A program made the position numbers and the translations under genes. The notes beneath the pieces are model-generated. The model saw only the letters and a list, made by a program, of their open reading frames with translations. It was not told where the DNA came from and made no database searches. From Squalus acanthias (taxonomy: Eukaryota), in assembly GCA_030390025.1 (NCBI GenBank), contig CM059432.1, positions 58,840,001 through 58,904,000 of the forward strand: a DNA stretch of 64,000 bases, read 5' to 3'. How positions within the stretch are numbered: the first letter of the stretch is position 1; each line of letters starts with the position of its first letter. Of the stretch, positions 54,061 to 64,000 are shown one piece after another.

Positions 54061-54163
54061 GCTCTCTCTGCCTCCTCCCTCCCTTTCTTTCTTCCTCCCT
54101 CTCTCTCTCTTGTCCTTTTTTTGTCTCTGTCTTGTCTCTCTTTTTCTCTCTCTTCCCCCCCCC
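54061..54163. repeat. pyrimidine-rich low-complexity tract
   Basis: CT-rich run directly after the SINE tail. Confidence 0.7.
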
Positions 54164-55634
54164 GCACTCCAGTCCCTTGCTCCCTCCTCAGTGGTGTGGG
54201 TGTGCTGACCCCAGTCAATGTTCCCTTGGGCAGTCATCATCATCTGCACTTGGAGAAATTTCCATTTAGCTCAGCAGCAGATGTCACTTAGCCGTGTAAA
54301 AACTAATCTCAGTAGCCTGCAGTCGAAGAAGTGCGAAGAAATTGGTCTTCAACAGAGAAACCTCCTACACCTTTTTTTAAAAAAACAACTTAAGGTCACT
54401 CACCGCCTGAACTAACCTCACAGCTGTCACCTCTAGTGTAGCCAGCTTCTCTCTCTTGTGACAGATAAACTCTTTGCAGTGTTTCCTTGGGACCCCTTGC
54501 CTTTCCAGGGTTACCATTCGTGCCAGAAGAAATGTAGATGAGTCACCTGAACTGTTCCATGGAAATCCTGTCACCAATAGTCACCGCCTGAACTTCCAGC
54601 AATGGTACTTGTAATAAAGCAACGAAGGTAAAACAAAACAAGATCAAAGTAAACTTTAGACAGGTAACTATAAATACATGACCTGACTAACTCCCCCACA
54701 GACTGAACTCCCACAGTGACATCCTTTTGTGCCTGTAAAGACCCCTTGCTCTGCTCAACCATCACTTCATCAGAATTGTAAAATACCAGCAAAATTTGCT
54801 CAGGATAAATCGTACATACACCACCTCTAATATGATTCATTAGTAGAATAAAGGGCTCTACCTCTAGATATCCTTAGCAGCCAGCAAAACGGTTTAGAAT
54901 GTTGAGTGTCATACCCTGTGCAGGAATGTTGCATATCCTTTCAAGTACTGCAAACTAGTTAAGGCAGTGAAGGGAGGAGAGAAAATCGGCATTTAGATGC
55001 TTTAAATAAGCAGGTGAACATTCAACTTCATTTATGTTTTTTGTTCATAAGATGTGCAAATCCTGAATTGTCAGCATGTAAAATGATGCATTTTTGAAAG
55101 TGTCTTTTCTGCATGGGATAATGTAGCTAGCAGCTTCTTTGTTGAAGACGGCATCACGTCAGGTTGCTAATCAACCTGACCGTGATAAGATAAGTACAAA
55201 TGTGTCCTTGCTCTTCACTTTTCCTTTCTATTTTTTAAACTTACGGTCACTATTCTCTTCTCTAATTTGTCTCCTGTGTCTAGTCCTCAACCAGCTTTTT
55301 ACTTCAGGAAAGCCCAGACATAAGTGCAGGCGGAAATCAAGAGGTAAACATTGGCTTAGTAAGAGCTGCATCATGTAAAAAGGCGTTAAATATTAGTTCA
55401 CTTGCTGCCTTTACAGTAGTTAGTAGACTTAGGCAAAAAATGCCCCAAAAGCTGCTGGTGCTAGTTTCAAAGTCAAAGGTGTAGACGAACAAAATCAGCT
55501 TTGCATATTTAATTTCATATATAAATTATATGCCCATAACTACTGCTTCTTTTGAAGTCTGAAGGTGAAATTAGGACTGTGCAAAATGTTTTCAGCCAGT
55601 TAGTGTATTTTCCATGAAGTGTCTGAAAGATAAT

Positions 55635-56399
55635 GGCCCTGAAATTCGCCTCTCCGGCTTGCCACGGGGGTAAGGATCGCGCGCGCACTTACCTACCGCG
55701 CCTGCCGTTGACCTCTGGGCCCACGGGAACTTCAGCTCCTGGGCCTGCTCCAAGTGCCGGCGCGCAGTGCTTGCGTGTCCCAGGGGCGTAGTTAGTGCGA
55801 TGCGTCCCCTGGGATCACGTGGGCCATGGAGAGCCAATGGCAGCAGACCATCTTTCATTCATAGATTTGACCGGAAGACCTGTCAAATCTATGAATTGAA
55901 ATCGGCCCCAAAAGAACAGCTAAACTTCAAATAAATTTTTTTTTAAAACCATCACATTTATAAAATAACTAAGTTAAATAAATTAACTACTTTAAACAAA
56001 AATTTAAATTTTTGAAAAAATTAAAATACTTTTTAACAGTGCTAAAAATAAACTTACCTTTCTTTAAAGTATCTAAAAAAGATAAACCTGTTGAGAATTT
56101 TAAATTATAATTAATTAACCACTTAACTTGCTGAAAACGGGTCCTGCGTCTCCTTTTTAAAAGCGCAGGTTCTTCAATACTTACCCTCCCGGAGAAACCT
56201 GGAAAAAAAAAACCTAAGTTTGCTGCGTGCGCGCAGCCTCTACCGCGCACGCGGTTCACCTCTGAACCACTCCCTTCACGAGACCGGAGATTCCGGTTTC
56301 CCGCGCATGCGCAGTACATGCAGGAAACCGGCACTTCAGGAGGCCTTGCGGGTGAGTACACAGTGCGTACTCACCCGGCAAGGGCCGAATTTTTGGCCC
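55635..56399. mobile_element. Harbinger-like MITE, CpG-rich and hairpin-rich
   Basis: 3-bp TSD aat; TIR ggccctgaaattcg / cgaatttttggccc. Confidence 0.62.
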
Positions 56400-57779
56400 A
56401 ATGACATCCTGGGATAAGTTATTAGAATATATTACTACGGCCATGTTTTACATTACTCCAGCATTCAGCTGGTGGTGATTGTATCATGAATTTTCAAAGA
56501 GGAAATCTGGGGTTCCCAGAACGACTTGGTATATCGAGTTTATCGTGTGGAGGTTAGGGTCCTCTTGTTTGTTTGTAATTAAGCGGAAGAGTAGCCCACT
56601 TCTTGTGGTATGTGACTGGAAGGGAGGAAATACTGCCTGAGCTAGAGTATACTTTCTCCTCTGTACTTTAGGACCAAAGGTGACTACTCTGGGTAAAACT
56701 GTGCATGTCAGTGTGACAAGTTTACTGTCATAAAATTTTGCCACAGCACATTGTAATTTATTAGCAAAAGATAAGCTAAACTGTGAAATTGCCAGTAATA
56801 AAAGGGTAAATGTTTTTTTTCCTTTTTTACAATCTGCTTTAGATTTTTTTTATTACTAGGAGTGTTCATCTAATCATTGATTCCCCTTTGGGCTATATAT
56901 TCTTAAGCACTTACTGGGCAACCCAGTAGCTTCATAAATGTCGAGTAATGTTTTCCCCAAATGGTATAGGCTACTTGCAATAATTTTTTTTTAAATATGA
57001 GCGTGCTGGGTAATAGTTAAATGCTTTGGTCAATAACCATCAAACCTGATTGGTGGTTGCCTGTGAAAAATTCGCTTCCTTTCTGAAATCTTGCTGCTAG
57101 AAAAACGCATGCCATTATTCATGTGCAAATCGGCCAGCAACTTGTGGTGAGGAAAAGATACCTTGTGAATTGCCAGAAGTTGCTGGATGATTTGTGCCGT
57201 TTTGCCATTAGCTTTGCAAAAACAGCACATCGCCCTTAAGCACCCCTTGAGTTTCATGAAGTTACTGCATTTACACATTAATTGCCCATTAAACCCGACA
57301 GAGTTTAGTCTAGTAATTAATAGCATAAGTATCATTTTAACAACGTGATAATTGTTAATTACTGCCAATCGACCTCTCTGGCCCAGACAGTGTGGAGTCT
57401 CATTCCTTCAGGTTGTGAATTGTTGTTGGAGATTTTAAAAATGTAATTTTAAAAGAGAAGTTCTTTTCCTTTGTTTTTTCTCTCTTAATCCAATCATCTT
57501 TCCCTCTCTTTCTGTACCTGATTTGACGTTGCATTTACCCACTCTAGTTCACCCTCCGTCTCAGTCCTTGTTCTGTTTATTTCTCAATCCAAAATCTCAT
57601 TGGTTAAGGAGATACACTGTTAGTCCTGGCATTCACCAAGGTCCCAGATGCCCTGTTGCCCTCGCTACATCGTTATCAGCTCACACTTCCAGCAACTTGC
57701 AGGCCAAAAAATGTTTGATCTGAAGGGTGCAGGAAAAAGTCTAATTAATCGGGCATTATAAATAAAACCTTAAGTTTGA

Positions 57780-58600
57780 AAACGTTTTAACTTTAATCTT
57801 TAGACCCGCCTCCCTCACCGCCCATAGCCTTTTCTGACTCGGTAGGAAAAAAGCCCCAATTATTTTTGAATCTCTCATTAATTTCCTCTCCTTCCTGGTA
57901 TCATTCTAGTGATCCTTTATTGTTCCCTTTCATTAACTCCAATATCCTTCCTATAATGAGGTTCCCAAAACTATATGCAATGCTCATACTCTGGCCTAAC
58001 TAACCTTTTGTACAAATTTAGCATCACTTTCTTTTATATTCAATGCCCCATGTATAAAACCCAGAATCTCATTTACCTTTTTTTAATGACCTTTTTCTAT
58101 CTACACTCCTACCTTATTAAAGATCTATGTATTTACACCCCTAGATCGCTCTGTTCCTTCTCTCTGTTAAGAGCCTTACCATTTAAGATCTACTTCCTTT
58201 CACTTTTTTCTTTTTCCCAAAATGTACTACTATCTACTTCTCTGCATTGAACTGCGTCTGTCCTCCTGCAATCTCAATTTTTTTCTCCGTTTGAAAAGCT
58301 CTCTAATTTGATATTGGCAAACTTCAATATCATTCCTCTTGTGCCCATGTCCAAATCATTTACATAAATGGAAATAAGAAAAGTTGCAGCACAGATCCCT
58401 GGGCCATGCCACTACCCACGTCCTGCCAATCCAAAAAGCAACTGTTTGCTCCTGCTCTGTTTTCTGTCCCCAGCCAATCCTCGATGCATGTGTCTACATT
58501 CCCTTTAAGACACGTGCCTTAATTTTCATAAGTCTCCTATTTGGCACCTTATCACACACCTGAAAATTTATATATCCAACATCTATCATATTTCCTATTG
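57780..58600 (-). mobile_element. old CR1 fragment
   Basis: degenerate match to CR1 RT 3' region (cccaaaactatatgcaatgctc, cacagatccctgggcc). Confidence 0.6.
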
Positions 58601-60474
58601 ACTGAAATGTTTTGCAAAATAAATTTAACTTTGATGTTGACCACCTGCTGTCTGGTTTTTATTTAAGATTTCTGGCTGATTCATTTTATTTTCTTTGTCA
58701 CCATTTAAAGTCTTTTTGGAATAGTTGTTAAATCAAATGGCTTAATCCATTCAATTAAACATAGTTTCAATTACCCTATCGCTAATGTATTTTGTATCTC
58801 TTTTTCTCTCCATGAGTCATAATGAAATCCTTTTTTGTACATATTTTCCAATAACATGAAACTATATTTGAAAAGACAGCATTGGTTAAATTGGGCTATA
58901 GTCTTCCTAAAGCTTTGTCAGTAGGGATTAAATGTTTCACAACTCTTTTTTATGAAAGTAATGTGTTCATGGTATGTCACATACTTTTGTTCTATATAAT
59001 CTTCGGATAGGTACAAAGTGAAGAACTACTTTTTATACTGTATATTAGTAATGCAGAATGCCTAATTTTGTGCAAACTGAGAGTGCGACATTTCAGGTGA
59101 TATAATTGAAAGACAAAGTTGAGAATTTGATAATTACTTAGGTCAAGTGATTTGGAGCACTCCTGCATCCTGCATATTTCCACACTTGCCACGTGTGGTG
59201 CAGTTTGGCACCTAATTCTCTTGATTTTTGCGTAAAAGATTCAAGAGGCAATGAAAATACTGAATTTTGAGTGGATATGAGCAACAAATCACTTGCCCTA
59301 CTCATGATTTTATGTACCAGCCTACTAGGTAAATTTTGCATGATTTGTACTTTTTTTTTTTCCTTTAAACTCTGTTGGTTATTGGATATATTCAGCTTTA
59401 ACAAATCCTAAACATTCAGCTGCTGAGATGAATGTTGAAAATCCGTTTCACTTTGAATAACAGGTTTTCATCACAAAATAATGATTTCGGAAGACACTGA
59501 TAGCCACGTGTGGGCTTTTGATGATATCCCAGGTTTGAATGTGGGCTGTGTTGCCTCTACTTGTGTGCAGTTATTCATAAGGGAACAAATGGGCTTGGAA
59601 TGTGAAAACATTTTTGTGCTATGGGTTGTGTTGGTGGTTGTTTTAAAATAAAATAAAACATTTCCGGAACAATTGACAAAAACATTGATGTTGCAGTACT
59701 GCAGTTTTGTCTATGATCTGGACCTTCGTAGCCTACTGGAACTTGGATTGTGAGTTTTTCACGCCTAAAAACAATGCAAGTCATTTGTGCAGTTTCCAAG
59801 ATGTGCTAAATGGATTGAACTATGAAATGGGTAAGGTGTCATCAGAGAGTGAGGTGCCTTCCCCTTCCAAATTCCCTAACTACTGTTTTGACGCCCTTTG
59901 TGAAATAAATGCTTTGATTTAAGTTTCACATAGTGCACATGCACCTTTTACTGTACATTTACTTAAAATTGCATCACATCAAGGAAAAAAGTAGTAAAAT
60001 GTTAAATGTAGGTTACGCCACAAATCCAGTACTTTCCATCGACTCACAGTTGGTATAGAACCGGAGAAACAAGTGGAGTTTTGACCATTTAAATGTGGTT
60101 GCTGTTGGGTGAATATGAAGGAGATTTGTAGCAGTCATTGATAAATCAATGGCTGAGGTTTGCTTTGCCAGTTGAATAATGTTATCTAGGAGAGCAATCT
60201 CTCTAACAGAATCGAGAACAGCTGATCCAAGACCATAAGACTTGTAACGTGTTCCAATGTGTCTTTCAATTCTGAAAGGCATGTTGCATAAGACATTGAG
60301 TGTACCAAGCATTTGCAAGATGTTTTAAACCCATCAGTATAAATTTCATATTCTGACGTAGCATGGATATAGGGTAAACATGCTCATAATTAGGAACCAG
60401 AATATCCTAACTCCAGATTATGTTCAAGGTATATTGCAGCATTTGCGATGGCATAGTTCTAATCATGAATAATC

Positions 60475-61045
60475 CCCTGGGAGAGGCAGAAAACTTTTTT
60501 TAAAAACCTAGGCCAATTCAGGGGAAGAAGACAACTCTGGGAAATTCCTCTCTGACCCCCAAAGGTGATCAAAACGAGTTCCAGGAGACCACAGTGGCTA
60601 TGAGGCACATCACCCAACATCCTTTTACCTTTTTAGCCTCAGCCAGGAACTTGTCTGGTTTATGTTTGAGTGTTGGCAGCGAAACCACACTTGCTGTATG
60701 AGCTGGCAACTTGTTCCAAAGGTCAATGACCTTCTGCATAAAGAAAATCTCCTGACATCTACCTGAATTCTATGCTTGCGTATCTTATATCCCAGGATCC
60801 TCCCTAACTTATCTAATTCAAATAATGTATCCACAGGAACACAGTCTAGTCTCCATTATTTTAAATAGCTCAATCAAATTCCTCCCCCGCCCCCCAAAGT
60901 CTTGGCTTTTCCAGAATAAAAAAAGACCCAACTCTTTAAGCCTATTGTGATAACTTAGGGCTTTTAAGCTGGGTATTAATCTAGTGGCTCGCCTCTGAAC
61001 CTTTTCCAGGGCCTTTATATTGCCCACCATGTGAAAGGAACCAAA
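60475..61045 (-). mobile_element. CR1 3' fragment
   Basis: KALEKVQRRATRLIP; YKIRKHRIQVDVRRF. Confidence 0.8.
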
Positions 61046-61839
61046 AGTCTAAGTTTTAGGAGTGGATAGTTTGGTCTTCAGTATTGACCAAGCACACACA
61101 GTTAGGTAGGTTTTCTTTCTGCTACTCCACTGCAAGTTGTGAGGAAATACTTTTTCATTATTGATGTCAGCACCAGTGCTGTCTACTCACATTAAAGTAC
61201 ATGCTCCATAAATTAGATGGAGAGGTTTACTCCTTCAGGCTAAATTTAAGTCTACTATCCAATAAATTTTCAAGTTATATAGTAAGCGATTGCTCCTCAG
61301 AGGTGACTTTGTCTGTATTGATGACCTTTACCATCCAGCAGTTTCAGTTTTATTCACTGATGTACCTCTGATGAGCTTTACTGTAATCAGTATTGATAAA
61401 CAAATGATTAGATATTTGAATCATCTATAAATGTGACTACTAAAAGCTCTCTTGATTGGGATAATCTCCCATTTTGGCTGGTTGGGGTGGGGGTTGGAAG
61501 AACAGGAGACTAGCAACAACCAAAGCATTAGTGCATTTCATTATAAAGTTAAATCTTGTTACGCGAGTTGAAATGCATTGCTTTTGTCTGGCCTAACCAA
61601 GCCCAGTTTGTGGTACAGTGTGCAGTTTTCTTATATATCTGGTGTTTATGATTTTTAACCAGTTTTCTTCTTGCCTTCTCACTATCCCCTCCTCAAAAAA
61701 GCAGTGAGACCTACTTTGCTTGAAATAATTAATGCCATGCTGTGTTGTGTGTTCTGATGATCGAGGCTTTGATATTCTTTGTAGGATCACCAATAAAGGG
61801 TTTTATAGTATCTAGACTGTTGAAATATTTTGTTAAATA

Positions 61840-62560
61840 GGCCCGGATTTTGTGGTTTTAATGACTGCGAAACTGAAAGCGTTCGGCATTATTACTCTGA
61901 AACCTACAGCAACCTCTGCCATCCGCACGTGCAGTTGAATGCGGAAATCCAGAAGTTGCTGTCAGTGATTCCCCGCTTCTCCACATGGTGCGCTGTTGAA
62001 GTCCTCGCAGATGGAAATCTTAGAAATTACTTGAATTGATGTGAACTTCCACTTTTTACGCTCTAATCTCACTGTAAAAAAAACCCGAACAAGTTAAGCC
62101 TTGTTGAATGATGTGTAACTGGGCTTTTAACGGCGTACTAAGTCATAATTACTGATGAGCAACCTCTCGGACCCTGAAAAACGAATTTTATATTTGTGAA
62201 ATGTCAAATTTCTCCATTATGATAAAAATTCCGTAGATTTAAAAAAAAAAAAAATTATTTCAGCTTCTACCTTAATCCCATGTGTATGTCCCAATTTTTA
62301 TTTCGCTCTTTGTAAAATGATTAAAAAGTGAAGGAATCGGTGCTTTTTATTTCCTGGTTTGCTGTTTGAGAATTCTTCAATGTGATTGATGACATCACTG
62401 TTACTGGACACCAGAGATCCCCTATAGATGACTTCAGAATGAAATTAAAATTGGGACAGTTGTAATCCACGCCACAGAGATCGCTAAATCTTTGTAGGCA
62501 GCTTTCTTCGAGGTCAGCGGCGAATGCCGTCACTTCACCGCTGACCGCAAAATCCGGGCT
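61840..62560. mobile_element. Harbinger-like MITE
   Basis: TIR ggcccggattttgtggt / accgcaaaatccgggct; TSD unclear. Confidence 0.58.
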
Positions 62561-62855
62561 ATTATTTTAAACCTAAATGGAGTAACCATGTATAGCCCAT
62601 CTTAACAGGATGTGACTCCTAACTATACATACTGAGACACTGATGTGTACTCCAAATAAACTAGAACAGTGCTAAAGTTGGATATTGCAAGACGTTTTAC
62701 CATTTTTAGAAAAAAAACTTATTGTATACTTAGATCTTAAAAGGTCATCTATCCAGTGTATCTACATATTTTGGCTAATGAAGTGTATAAATTCTTGATA
62801 ACTTTTTTTTGGTTAAAAAGCAAACTTGATTTCCTTTGCTTATTGCTACTTCTAG

Positions 62856-62944
62856 ATGAAGACAGACTGTCCAGAAGAAAGAGCATTGTTGACACTGTGT
62901 CAATCCAAGTTGACCTTCTTGGTGTCAGTGTACAACAGGACAAG
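62856..62944 (+). CDS. EFR3A: EFR3A internal exon (DEDRLSRRKSIVDTVSIQVDLLGVSVQQDK)
   Basis: cttctAG acceptor, GTAAAG donor; 89 bp, phase 1 to 0; LSRRKSIVDTVSIQVD matches EFR3A rather than EFR3B as recalled. Confidence 0.95.
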
Positions 62945-63793
62945 GTAAAGAAAGCTTTTGTTTTTAAAGTTCCAGTAGATGTTAAGACTCTTCCTGGCCT
63001 TCTGCCACTTGTGCTACTTTGAGAGAAAGTCGCTTCCATATAATATGAATACTTTTCTAGTTCATTCAGTGCAACCCACCATTATAGACTGTATCTGTAG
63101 GGACCATGCAATTGATTTTGTTGGAGCTGTGTTTTATATGGGATCTTTGCTTAAAAAAGGAACTCTAATACAGTACATGTAATTGAATGTTTTTTTGAAA
63201 GGGTCTGTTTATGTAGTGCATATATGCAGAGCACCTGATGCTGAATTTGATGTAGCAACCTAAATCTCAACAAGGTTGATTTAATCTTTAAATCCATGCA
63301 GTTTTAAGTATATTTGTGTAGTGGTTGTTCCTATACCAGGCTTTAAACTGCACCTCTGCTATTTTAACCATTTTGAAATTTGGGTCCCAGTATGATAAAT
63401 GTTTTGTCTAGAATTGTTTCATAACTGAAATGTCTATCTTTTAAGGTGGGTCTGATTTATGTTGCCTTCAACTCCTCCCCCCCCCCCCTCACTTTCATTT
63501 TCTCCCCTCCTGCTCTTTGTGGGTCATGCAATTTCCTCATCCTAAACCCAGGTTCCTTTTGAAATTGCTGCTAGAAGATCATGAGTAACTTGTTGACCAG
63601 TCTCCCTCCATTTTCCCCTTTCTCCCCACGTGGCTGAGATGGGCAATCCATATGATCACCACGGTGCCCTCATGGCTGAAATTGTCTCAGTGCGGATTAT
63701 GATAAACTAATATGGAAAAACCAGCCATTAAAATACATCTTTAATTATATATGTACAGTCCATAAACTTCAATGTTCATTTTAATTTCCACAG

Positions 63794-63842
63794 ACAAAGA
63801 TGGTTGAAGAAATCACCTTTGAAACACTGAAGAAAGCCATAG
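63794..63842 (+). CDS. EFR3A: EFR3A internal exon (TKMVEEITFETLKKAI)
   Basis: ttccacAG acceptor, GTATGG donor; 49 bp; human EEITFEALKKAID. Confidence 0.92.
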
Positions 63843-64000
63843 GTATGGGTAACAAGTTGGATTAAAAAAAAGTAAAACTGCACTTTTTAAACAGCCGCAA
63901 GGCACGATGCAATATGGTGGAGGGGGGAGGAATAAGTGTAGTAAATGTGCTAGTCTTTGAACTGTACAATTGAGTCTGACTCCTAATTCTCCATAAAAGA

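Noticed and set aside
62856..62944. Assignment to EFR3B
   Set aside because: RRKSIVDTVSIQVD and other exons match recalled EFR3A better; a phylogenetic check would confirm

Overview
Vertebrate genomic DNA, most likely from a cartilaginous fish (shark) judging by its repeat families. The window lies inside one plus-strand gene, EFR3A (plasma-membrane anchor of the PI4KIIIalpha complex). Nine internal coding exons were found (7545-7596, 18770-18942, 24724-24799, 32040-32201, 33565-33696, 35250-35317, 49023-49150, 62856-62944, 63794-63842). All have AG/GT boundaries and compatible phases; start and stop codons lie outside the window. The introns are packed with decayed and nested mobile elements: many CR1 LINEs (one near full length), L2, a young RTE, a DeuSINE, a solo LTR, PIF/Harbinger MITEs and a Harbinger transposase relic. 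There are also several small Penelope-type elements with fold-back structure, target-site duplications (TSDs) and minimal hammerhead-ribozyme motifs. The most notable observations are the hammerhead-bearing fold-back elements, a CR1-clade LINE with a tRNA-like head and no ORF1, inverted LINE pairs flanking single exons, and strictly one-stranded long poly-C tracts. Gene and family names come from recalled sequence similarity, not database searches, and repeat boundaries without a TSD are approximate.
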